From NCBI GenBank assembly GCA_905178155.1, contig CAJINV010000003.1, positions 9,493,979 to 9,557,978 of the forward strand: a stretch of 64,000 nt of DNA, in the 5' to 3' direction. The DNA comes from Amoebophrya sp. A120 (lineage: Eukaryota; Protista; Dinoflagellata). Positions 1 to 12,000 of this stretch are shown here, piece after piece; the first letter of the stretch is position 1, and each line of letters starts with the position of its first letter. Under the pieces are notes generated by a model. It did no database searches. It was not told the DNA's origin and saw only the letters and a program-made list of their open reading frames with translations. A program made the translations under genes and the position numbers.

Positions 1-11
1 AGCTGGCCAAA

Positions 12-3000
12 GTGTCCGAAGGCGGTCAAAGTCAGACGCTATATAAGCACAGCATCCGGCCGCGCCCGCCACAGTCCAGCGCCATACTTTCGGTGCTCAA
101 CTCGCACCAGCGTGGGAGCTACTACCGCGCCCAGTGGTATCTGGTCAACGAACAACATGGACACGGAGTAAGCCTACTGGCATTTAGCTGCGTTGTAAAT
201 AATCTCGGTGACGGGAGCGCTCTTAAACTTAATGCCACAGAAACCGCAGAGCCAGAGGCTGAGGCAGACGACGCACGGCAGCACCTGCAGAAGGGTGTAC
301 TACCAAGCAGCAACGAATTTTACGTTCGAAAAAAGACCAGGTGGGGCCTTAGATTTTCACCCTTCTGCACATCAAAAGCAAACACAATGCACACGCGGTC
401 TTTGGAAGCACGATGGACGGTCCCGGTATCGAGTCGCCCCCTTCGGCAACACCTTCCAACTACAACCACGATAACAAAGCGTGGGACCCAGGGGAATACT
501 TCAACAAGCGACCTGTTTTTTTTTTGCGTGCGTATGGGCCTTCGGAGAGCTTCCTACCCCACCAAGCAGAAAAAGGCCATCGACCGCGCGAAGATTGTTC
601 CGCTGAATGAGAGCTTCGCTCAAGTTTTCGTTCCAGAGTTGTTAGAACAGGACTCACTGCCGACCTTATCCCCCCAAGATAGTGGCGAGTTTTTAGATGA
701 GCTGCTCGAGGACGTGAAGAACGTACCCGAGTGGTCGCTGTACGACGCCAGCCTCGGGAGGCTTCTGCAGGAATCAAAGTTGCGGACCCGAAGCTTTTAC
801 ACTCCGCAGCAATTTATGGCCTCCCAGAATGCTGATCGGTCGCAATGCGACGTGCAACTCTAGGTCAAGCCCTACTCACTTTGAGTCTTCTTCTTCATCA
901 AGCATAACGTACTGGCAGCATTTGCTGCGCAGTTCGCAGGTCGTCTCATTACGACAAACGAAAAAAGCATGTTGGATTTGTCGTGGAAGTCCAACCTTTG
1001 CAGACCCTACAAGCGCCGCACGCTTCGGCTTTGGAAATATGAGCAAGGAAGTGCGCGGCCATCGCATCCCGCAGCGGTTTGGAGATGGTTGCAGCACCGA
1101 AAAAAAAAGCTGCACAAGTAGGGTGAAAGGACGAGCCAGCCCAGCAAAGGAAACCGCAAAAAGGTACCAGGCTCCGGCGTGCTTGAGTCCGGGCCCGCCG
1201 GGCCGGCCCTTCGCTACCCGGCTGCCCACCGGATTCCGGTCGACCTACTACAAGCAAGCGTGGCCCCGCCCGTCGCGCCTGGCGGCCGCGTCTCCTTTGC
1301 GGACTCCTTGGGCCCTTTCCAAGATCGCCGACCGTTTATTTGCCCATCCAACGAAGCAGTGCCGTAGCCTGGCCGGCCACGCCGGGGCCCGCCGCTCGCA
1401 CGCCCGGGCCCCTCTTCCGTGCTTGTATTGCGTTGCTTCGGGCCGGGTGAGTTCCATCGCCGGGCCGCCCGTCTGATCTGCCCCAGGCCGGCGAGGGCTT
1501 CTGCGACGCGTCCTCGCCCACTCCTGCGAGGGCGTATTGCCGCATAACCCCCGTGGGCCAGTCCTTCCGTCGGCTCTGCCGGACCTGCCGACTTCGGACG
1601 GCAGAAGGCCCAGTAGGATGGGGTAACTGCAGGCCGCCCGCGCAGCCGAAGGGCAGAACGTGGCGCGACCAAGAAGACGGATGAGCTTTGGCGCTGTTCT
1701 AGCTTTTCGCTTTGGGCGCTTCGATTGAAGTGGCCGACGCTTAGCTAGGGCGAAGGGGTGCGCCGAGTTAGCATAGCATAGCATCGGCGGGCTGGATTTT
1801 CTTCATTCCATCCTTTTCGTTCATTTCGCGGACGCGGTCTTCATTCTCGGCGACATGCCCTTCGCGTCCACAGGGTAAGTTGTTGTCTGTTATGCTGCAA
1901 CTATGGATAGAATAAGAGACCGTTGAGTGCTGGGAGGTAAAAAGTGAATCACGATGGCACGCTGCGATTTGGGGCTTGCGTGGCAATAGCGGAAGTGTCG
2001 CGCTTCGTGTTTTCGGAATGGAGGCAGTCCGCCCGTGGTTGGCGTTGCCTCGAGCAAGGCAAGCCAAGAGCAAGGCAAGCCACGAGCAAGGCAAGCCAAG
2101 AGAGCAAGGCAAGGCAAGGCAAGGCAAGGCAAGGCAAGGCAAGGCAAGGCAAGGCAAGGCAAGGCAAGGCAAGGCAAGGCAAGCCAAGAGCAAGGCAAGG
2201 CAAGCCAAGCCAAGCCAAGCCGAAAGATGCGGACTAGCCGCCAAAAACGGCACGCGCGAACAGAGCGCGAGCACTGTGCTCGCGCTCTGTTCGTGGAGGC
2301 CGTAGCATGCGGATTAGCCGCCAAAAGCGGGCACGCGCGAACAGACGCGAACACTGCGTTCGCGCGCTGTTCGCGGAGGCCGTAGCATGCGGACTAGCCG
2401 CCAAAAGCGGGCACCCGCGAACAGACGCGAGCACTGTGTTCGCGCTCTGTTCGCGGGGGCCGTAGCATGCGGATTAGCCGCCAAAAGCGGGCACGCGCGA
2501 ACAGAGCGCGAGCACTGTGTTCGCGCTCTGTTCGCGGAGGCCGTAGCATGCGGATTAGCCGCCAAAAGCGGGCACGCGCGAACAGAGCGCGAACACTGTG
2601 TTCGCGCTCTGTTCGCGGAGGCCGTAGCAGGCGGATGAGCCGCCAAAAAGGGTACGCGCGAACAGAGCGCGAACACTGTGTTCGCGCTCTGTTCGCGGCG
2701 CCGTAGCAGGCGGATTAGCCGCCAAAAAGGGCACGCGCGAACACGCGAACGCCGAGAACACCCAAATCCGCGGATTTCGGTGATTCNNNNNNNNNNNNNN
2801 NNNNNNNNNNNNNNNNNNNNNNNNNNNNNNNNNNNNNNNNNNNNNNNNNNNNNNNNNNNNNNNNNNNNNNNNNNNNNNNNNNNNNNNNNNNNNNNNNNNN
2901 NNNNNNNNNNNNNNNNNNNNNNNNNNNNNNNNNNNNNNNNNNNNNNNNNNNNNNNNNNNNNNNNNNNNNNNNNNNNNNNNNNNNNNNNNNNNNNNNNNNN

Positions 3001-6000
3001 NNNNNNNNNNNNNNNNNNNNNNNNNNNNNNNNNNNNNNNNNNNNNNNNNNNNNNNNNNNNNNNNNNNNNNNNNNNNNNNNNNNNNNNNNNNNNNNNNNNN
3101 NNNNNNNNNNNNNNNNNNNNNNNNNNNNNNNNNNNNNNNNNNNNNNNNNNNNNNNNNNNNNNNNNNNNNNNNNNNNNNNNNNNNNNNNNNNNNNNNNNNN
3201 NNNNNNNCGTAGCAGGCGGATTAGCCGCCAAAAAGGGTACGCGCGAACAGAGCGCGAGCACTGTGTTCGCGCTCTGTTCGCGGCGCCGTAGCAGGCGGAT
3301 TAGCCGCCAAAAAGGGCACGCGCGAACACGCGAACGCCGAGAACACCCAAATCCGCGGATTTCGGTGATTCGTCCGGTGTGGCCGACTCGGTCAAATCCG
3401 GCTTCGACCTCTTAAGCGAGCCCGTACCATCGGGGGAAGGGTTGTGCTTGTGGTTTCTGGCAAGATTTTGACGTTGCACAAAAACGACAGCCCGGGAACC
3501 CAGCGCACCGTCGGGATTGCGTTCCCGCAACCATCTGAAATGGCGTGCATGAAATAGCTGAAGCACGGTGCTACTACACCACTTGTTACACAAGTGGTTT
3601 TGCCCCAATCACGGCGCTAGTGCGTTTTTCTTTACCTCCCCCCAGTCAACCTTCTCAAATATGGCGCTGCGCCTGGTTTCTTCTTTTATTTGTGCACGAT
3701 GTAAATCATTCAGTTTGAATTTCAGCCATATCCATAAGAACACGCGTCGCCTGCACCTTTCTTACTTCAGTAGGTTGGTGAACCGGATAAGCAGAGAGAG
3801 AGAGGCGCTTCACAGTCTGGCGAGAAATGAGACGGCGGAGAATCGCGAAGATTTCGATGGAGCAGCCTGATCACAAACCAGGAAAGCATGGGCACGGGCA
3901 CGCCCCCAAGTCCCGGCGCGCCAAGCCTTGGAAGGTGTTTGGCACCCGTATTTCCGCCGGGATGTAGTCGCAGTGGTGGCGTTTTCGCTTCATCGCGGTC
4001 GTGCCAATTCGCTCGCGTTGGCCGCCCCGTAAGTATCGACGTGGCGCCGCGACTCCCCAGCCTGCCCGCCCAGCAGCTGGCGCGGGGTAGTAAACGGCGG
4101 CCGCGCCGCGAACAGTGATGGCGCAGCCCTTCCTCGGCTTCTAAAAAGATGGGGGCGTGACAAAATAAAAATCGCGGCCGCACTTTCGGCCAAGCCCCGA
4201 ACCGCATGGAGCGAGGCCGCATTCCTGCAAAGCAGCGAACCTGCCGCCCGTAATCGCTCTGGTGCTCCTTCGCCCCTTGCGTAAAGAATTCACGCGACCA
4301 CCCCAAGGGGGGCAGCTTGTTTCGTGTGAATGGCCCACGCTTTTTAGCACGCGGGCGCCGCAGCCACGCAATCGATTGCCTACAAATCGACGCCGCGCCC
4401 TGGCTTTTCTTTGAAAGAAAAGCCCGGACTCGGCTCCCGCTTGATTTCCCGGATTAGCTGCCCCGATAATGCAAACGCCCAGTCGATGCGCGGGCCAAAA
4501 TATTTCGCAAGGTAGAGCAGCCGACACGCCGAAGCGCCCTGATTGGAGCGGCGCCGGCTCTAAGAATGCCAACCAAAATAGCTCCGCTGCCCCCGCCTTC
4601 CCTTCGTTGGGGCCGAAGGCCGCGCACAGTTCGGAAAGCCCGGGCGCGGCCCTTCGTTCGCCCGAGGGGGGGGGCCGAAAAAAGCGCCCGCCAGGTACAC
4701 GGCGCGGGCCTTCGCCGCCCCGCTGGCCATCGAAGCACAGGGCGGGGCCCTGTGCTTTGACGACGCAGACCACCCCTGTACGCCCGGTCCGGCCGCGCGC
4801 TCGCTTGTGCCTTTTCGGTCCGTGGGCAGGCTACTGCTTTTCGCTCCGCTTGCGTGGGGGATGTTTTCTTTGTCAGCCGGGGGCGGGCCTTCGCAGTTCT
4901 CCTAGGCCCGGAATAGCTTTGTGCGAGTGCGCACAAGCCAGCCGGTCACGAAGTAGAAACGCCCTCAGTTTTAATCTTCCCGGCCTGCGCATACACATAC
5001 ACGCTCCGCAGCTTTCTCGATGCAGAGTAGCTGGCTAGGTATTCGTATGGGCGCTCCGTCCATTGTGCACAGCGGCCAGGTGCGTGACTGCCAGGGCCCG
5101 CGAGTTTGTTTCCTTGGTTTTGCTAGCTCCATCATTGAGTATTAATCGGCACGCTCCCAAAATGAATGCCGCAGCCAACTCCTGCATTTACTGCGCAGCG
5201 AGCTTGTTGTCTTTGAGTTTCGTCATACTATTGCCGTCGCGTTCGCAGTTTGGATTTCGTTGCGTTATCAACATCAGATACCTCAGAAAGTTCGAAGCGC
5301 CAGCTTCCACTGACGGAGAGGACCAGGATATTTTGGTGAAGTGCTTCAAGTACCCGGGCGAAAAGACTCAAGGGAGCGAACACCTACCGGCAGTCATAGT
5401 GAAACGGAGCACGAAGGTTCTCACCTACAAGCAAGGTGTAGCATACGCTTGCGGCATCTTCGAAGTTTAGGGGTGCAAGAGGTTCAGCATCGCTAGCAGA
5501 TGCCCAAACTCAGCCCGGGGTCAACTTTTCTGCTCTTACATCCTGGCGCATTTGATGGGCGGGGAAAACGCGTACGTGGGCTACCACAGCTTCTGAAGAA
5601 AACTCACAACCGCTCCGCTCTGAAGGGGGGCAGTAGGTTATTGCCGTGAGGGCCTGCGCGCGAGGGCTTTGGGCGAAGGTTGCCTGTTTTGCTCACAAAT
5701 GAATTGGCGACGAGGAGCGTGCTCAAAAATTGGCGAGGTGGGATGCGCGCGCCGTGCTTCGCGCCATTCGCTCCGCGCGAACGTATTGCGCACGCCCCGC
5801 CAGGCCGAGGGCAAGAATAGTGGGGGCCACGCTGTTTATGCCAGGCATGGCACAGCCCTCTTACAAGGCACGTGCCTCCTTTCGAGTCGTGAAACGATGC
5901 AAAAAGCGCGGCAGTCGGTGCATTTGTGCATCCTCTACCAGGCGCGCGCGGCTACTTGGCGAGTCTCTTTGTGGATCGCCTTACGGCGTCGTAAGTCCTA

Positions 6001-9000
6001 CTCCCAAGGCGGTGCACGGGTCGGCGCTTGAAATGGCCGCCAAGGCGCTTGCGCGCTCGTTGTTGTTCGCCACCGGCATCGGTACTAACTACTGTAGGCG
6101 TGGGCAAAGAAGGTATGAATGGACAAAATAAAAGACCGCCGCCGGCTTTTTGCGACGGGCCGCGAAGAGTACGAAATCGGGAAAACGCAAGAAGTTAACG
6201 CGCCTCTGCCGCAAAAGTACTGAGAAAAAAGCACGCAAACTCCACCAAAAGTCTGAAGCTTTCGCAGTGCGCAAGTTCAGGCTGGCTCCGAACTTAACCG
6301 CTTTGGCTGACTTAAGAACCCTGCTACTCTGCCCATTCACAATCGAATGGCGCGCCGGGCGCCAGCTCTAGCGCGTTGTTTCTTGTGTTGGTTTCTTGTG
6401 TTGCCGCCCCGGCGCACTGTCTGTTGTCTGTTATTCTGCCCAGGCATAAATGAAGGGCGCGGCGGGTGCCAGTGCCAGCGCCAGCGAGAGCCGCGGCCGA
6501 ATCCCTAGGACGTTGGGGGCTTCCGTATTGTCTGGCCAGAAGGCCGCTACCGGAGCAAGCAGGCGGCCGGCCGGATCGCGGCCGTTTTCTCATGTTCGCC
6601 ACTGCGCCCCGCCGGCACTAGAGCGCCAACAACAGTGGCCATAGATACTGTGCGCCGGGCGGTGTTTCTTCTTGCATGTTCGAAAGATTTGAAAAAGTTA
6701 CTGTGGATTCATAGCTTGGCACCCCCTGCCACGCTTCGAACCAGCCTAGTTAATATAAGTATGTAAATATTTATGATAGGACTCGGCTTTTTTTCAGACT
6801 TGCCGGGCTCTTTTTCGCACATGGAAGCGCCATACCGCCGCAGCTCGGATCCGTTCTGATTATTGTTTGCGCTTTAGTTTCATCCTGCTTCCCTACCCCT
6901 TTTTTTAGTGGAAGCCTTTCTTCGTTTCTTTTTCTATCGTTTTCTTTTTCTTGTTTTTCATTCCTTCTCTCTACTAGGGGTACGAAAGTTGCGGCTTTTC
7001 AGCTTCAGAGCCAGACCCTACCGCCTTATCCCCGCCCGGAATGCTGCTGCAGCTTTCTTGCGCCGCGAGTCGCAGCAGTGCTGCTTCTGCACATTACCCG
7101 CAGCCCCCTGATAGAATTGATAGCCGTAAAGCTTTCCCGAAGGCTTTCGAGGGTTGCGCGGCAGCGCGAGAACGAATTCGGTCGGGAGCTGCGGCGGGGC
7201 GCGCGGGCCACTAGAGACCCGCATTGCTTTTACCTTCGCACCCGTTCGGGAAAAGTCAAAGGCCCACGACTTTCTTCCCGGGCTTCCGAAGAAGGTGTTT
7301 GGGAGCCTCCCGAAAAAGGTGTTGGCCCGGGAGCCCGAAAAAGTTGAAGAGGCGGGCGATCCGGTCGCTGACTTTCATTTCTTCGGGGAGGTAACTGGAG
7401 GGCGACTGACTTTTCGCTTCAGCCTTTCGAAGGTCTTCGGGAGCCCGAAACCCTTCGAGAAGCCGGGAAAGCTCGCGGAGTTTTCTCTCTGAGTGAAAAG
7501 TTAGCGAGCTTCCGCCTGCCTTCATTCTCAAAGGTTTTCCGGAAACAGAGCGAAAGAAAACTCGCTGAGTTTTCGTTTCCTTTACCGAAGAGCTTCGAGA
7601 AACAGACAAAAGGCTTAGTGGTTTTTCACCCCGTTTCCCAAAGAGCTTCTGTCGAGGAAGGGGGGTGACGCTCGGTGAGTTTTCACTTCTCGAACCTCTT
7701 CGGGAAACGGAGTGGCAGCTCACTTGTTCTCGCGAAGTCTCCGGGGGTGATGTCGTTTTTTTCTCTCTTCCTCCCAGGAGTATCGCAGCAGGCCCTCCCG
7801 CAAGCAATTAGCGAAGTCAGCCCCCTTCCGCTTTCCACACCTAAATCGGGCCTTATGTGTCAAAAAGAGCCTTTCCCGTTTTTTTTTTATTTTTCGAAAA
7901 CCGATGGCACGCCGGCCGAGCCGGCCGACCATGTGTCAAAAAGATCCAACCATGTGTCAAAAAAAGCCGCATCCTTTATTATATTTATATAATGTATACG
8001 TATACCTAAACCTATACGCCGCCCGGCGGACACTTGGACGAGCGCCCGCCCCAGCCAGCCATGCGAGACAGTGGCACCTTGGAGGCTGTCGGTAAAGGCT
8101 TTGGCACCTGGGGAAGTAGAACGCGAACTCTTTGCACCCCGAAGATATGCCGCTCGACGACGTTCCGACAAGAAAGGCTCCGCTTTGTCTTAGCTAGTGT
8201 AGTGATCCGAGAGAGCGTAGGCGCGTGGTCGTAGGGCCCGCGTGATGACAGAAGCGAAAAGCAAGCAAGCGGGCAGGGGCGGTATAGATATACGGCGCCA
8301 CCTCAAGGAGATAGAGCTAGAAGCAGAACGCGAAAGGCATAGAAGTTGGAGCCCAAGCGCCAGCTTTTAGAGGCCCCGGAAGTAGATCATGTCAGACTCC
8401 CCAATCAGGAGTCTTCCACTGGATCGGCAGCAAAGCAAGAATGCGGCTCCTTGTGAAAGTGCTCGAGTTTTGGAATTTTCCAAAATCCCGAGAGCGATAG
8501 CAAACGGACACCGCCGGCACAAAGCCGCCCCGAGCGAGGTCCATCCTCGGACTACTGCAGTCAGATAGATGCTCAAGCTTGGCGCTCTGCGCATTGATTT
8601 CTCTCTCCAGCTAGAACTGCGCCACCGTCAGGGACGTTTTGAGTAGGAGCCTTGCACTCCAGCACCACACAAAGTGGCTACCTGAACCTCGACGCTGACA
8701 CATGTGGCAGAAGCTGAAGGATAAAATTTTTCGATTCAGGCCCTCAGCTGGAAGCGCAAAAAGCTATCCGAGCCTAGTGTTTCACTATCAGATCCGCTGC
8801 TTGGATTCCCCTCAGGATTGCAACCCAGGCAGTTAGGTTCGTCCAAATAAGACTCTACCCACCAAGAAATTTATCAAAACGCCAGAGAAAAAAGCGAAGC
8901 GAACCGGTTTCGTATGCAGGCGAGCAACTCGTACAGAATTGCTACGGCTACCGCGTGCGCCTTCCAAAGTCATGGCGACCTTGCCTATTTTTGCCGCTAG

Positions 9001-12000
9001 CACCGGGGGGGGCGTGGTGGCGCCCGTCCTCGCCGCCCAAACGGATGACTGCATACCTGCGCCATCTGCCTTCCAGTGCAACCGGCCCTGCCTGGGTTGC
9101 GGATCACATCTACCCCACGCGCAGATGACTGCCGCGGACCCTCCCCCCAATCTACGCCCTCGGCAACTGCTGCGTGCGTCGTGTACGCACCCGGCCCGCT
9201 GCGGGGCGCGGTCCCTCCATGCACTCCCTGCCTGCCGCGGAGGGGCATTCTGGACGCTCCATTCGGCCGCCGGGTGCCGGGACGTCCAAATTCCACTCCT
9301 GCCGCCTCAGGGCCTCCTGAATGCAACCATCCACCCCACCCCCTGCGGCCACACCCGGATCTCGATGAATCCCTGCTCCGGGCTACCATCCACGACCCCA
9401 ATATCATTCAGTTGATTCATGCAATTTCATTCTAAGACAGTGGCGGCATGATTTCAAAATTTGAATTGTCTCGATGATATTATTCCATTAGTTGATGTTC
9501 GATCGGACCGATCAACAGATTTCTGTCTGGGATTTGATTTCTTGGATTCAGATTTCATAATTCTAGATTGTTGAGATCCGAATCTAGTCAGATTCTCCAG
9601 AAGAGATATCATTATGATTCGATTGTTGAGATCCGAAATCGACCAGATTCCATCTCCAGGGGAGATAATCTCGGATCAGGTCAAAGATACAATGAATTTA
9701 TTATCGTGATGATTCGATTATCATGATGATTCGAGATGTTGAGATCTGAATCTTATCAGAAGATATATGATGATTAATTTCCTTGTGCCTCTCCGAATTA
9801 AATTTCGATATTAATCTATTTTCAAAATTCAATAATTGTCATGAATAATAATCTTTTTTTCTGGTCATGCAAGTTGTTCTTGGAGTGATCCGAGAATATT
9901 CAATGTTCAATATTCTCAGAATCATCTTGGAATTTGAATGTATCGATCAAAATAATGTTGTTTGTTGATTGTTGTTTGAGGTTATAATTAATCGGTATCG
10001 GTTGAGAGGTGGTCATTCCATTCTTTCTTCTCATGTGTCTATGAGTATATGATTTGGTGAAATTTATATTCCTCTGATTGACTCAATCATTTCGAGATCT
10101 GATTATTGTCTAGCAGTGATAGTTAGGTATCCATCCTATGAATGTACCTATCATCTATTCCTCTGTCTCTGAGACAGATTGAATCGCTATTCGTTCCTTA
10201 TTTCATTTCGGTCGTCCCCCCCCCGTAGGTTAGCAATGAATGATGGATCCATCAATGAAGACGGACATAACATAGGGTTTTTTTTTGATTTTGTCTGAAA
10301 GAGATTGTCGTTTTTCGGTAAGGGATAAAATGTTGTGAGCGAGTCTGTCGGGGGGGGGAGGGTCCCGATTGGCACCCCTTCAATTTTGCAAATTTATTTT
10401 CGACCGGAATTAGAATGGAAATTCGCCCGGACCAGGCAACACCTTACAAACACAAAAACATCGCACCACCACAATCATGATCTCCCTACAACCATAATCA
10501 CAAATGAGATCGATGGAGTCAACTGCTAGCCTCTGCACCTATCCTTCCACTTTCGAATCTTTGCGCTCCTGTTCTGACTCTTTTTCTTTTTTTTTTTCGG
10601 CCCAACGGAATAATTTTTCTGCAATCACATTACCACAATCAAACAGACGAAATATACAGGACTCATCGTCTCACTCACCTCCTCACTTCACCACTGTTCT
10701 CGGATTCTTTCCCCATCCAGATTCTCGATCAATTTCGATATATCATCAATCTGTGGATCAATGTCAACACATTCTCAGACTCTTCAGATCGCCAAAATGA
10801 AAAAAAAAATATCTCCGAAATCGATAAAAATCGAAATCCTCAATCTTCGCCGGATTTTGGTCCTAAGTAACACTTTTGGGCCGAAAAAGCTACTCTTTTT
10901 TTGAAATTTTTTAAAATTTTCGAAAAGGGTAGCGGGGTTGATCTTGGGTCGCAATGGGATGAAACAAAACAAAAAGCCGCCGCGCCTCACGGGCTCGGTA
11001 TGCCGCAGGGGAGCTCGGGAGACAGCGCGCAGGCCTGATGGGCGCGGCTGCTCGACCAGGCGGGCTCTCAGGTGCTGTCGAACTGAAACGAAGAACCAAC
11101 TTCCTTCCCATGTGGCCAAGAAAAATTTCAAAAAAATTTCGATTTGCCCAAGCAAAAAAAGTTTGAATTTGAGCGGATAGAATGTCGATAGGTGCGAAAA
11201 AAGAACAAAAAAAATTTCGGAAAATCGGCGACATTAGCAAAATCCCATTAGTTTTTGCAAATTGCCCACTTTCTGAAATTTTTTTCAAGTTTGCTTTTTG
11301 CGCCTCTTGATTTTTGCCGGATTTTTTCAGATTTTTTTCTGAAATTATTCCTGGCCAAACCATTTTTGCCGGATTTTTTCAGATTTTTTTCTGAAATTAT
11401 TCCTGGCCAAACCCAAAGAGAAATCTTCTGTGCCGGAAATACGCCACAGACCGTCCGACCCTTACTCCCCGGCAACAGAAGGCGTAACTCCACACGGACT
11501 CACCACTCTGGGCGCTCATCACCAGGAGCGAACGCCAAGAGATACGGACCACCCACGCGGGCAAATATGCAACATTTACGCCGGGCCCTCGCTCTTCTGA
11601 CAAAGAAACAGGGGCGAGAACAGGCCCGGGAGCTGCCTCACAATGGTCCGGCCGTCGGGAAAGCTAAAAAAGCTCAAAAGTTGGATTTTGTTCCTGCACT
11701 ATGTGGATTCTTCGAAGTTTTTTGCGTTAGGACGGAAATCCTGCGAGTCAGTCTATCAATCAGCTTTGATATCCGGTATACAATCTGAACCGATCAACGA
11801 AAACTAAATGCAAAGAACTAAAAGAGAAAAGATCTTTACTCTTCGAATGTCATTTCTCTACTTTATCATCTTTATCGTTTAAGAGAATTGGATGATGAGA
11901 ATGAAGAAAATAAGACTGTCACTTTTCTACTTTATCATCTTTATCTTTTGAGAGAATTGGATGATGAGAATGAAGAAAGTGAGACAATCTCGGACAAGAC

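Noticed and set aside
1768-2385. ORFs with LALPC or QGKAR repeats
   Set aside because: These are translations of the GCAAG microsatellite.
2227-2760. CRISPR-like or spliced-leader RNA array (units contain CCGTAGC)
   Set aside because: There are no unique spacers or cas genes. Only 7 nt match the SL 5' end, and the TTTTGGCTCAAG-GT portion is absent.
3208-3371. Apparent duplication across the gap
   Set aside because: Most likely overlapping contig ends left unmerged by the scaffolder.
9430-10200. Degenerate coding sequence or alternative genetic code in the AT-rich island
   Set aside because: The frames I read have frequent stops and no recognisable motif. RPS19, PUF and gag-pol read cleanly in the standard code, so stop-codon reassignment is not supported.
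11341-11365. TATTCCTG and AAACCAT resembling snR30/U17 m1 and m2 motifs
   Set aside because: They are only 3 nt apart with no intervening hairpin or ACA box, and lie in a tandem duplication.
11848-11985. Box C-like GATGATGA suggesting C/D snoRNAs
   Set aside because: No properly placed CTGA box D or terminal stem.
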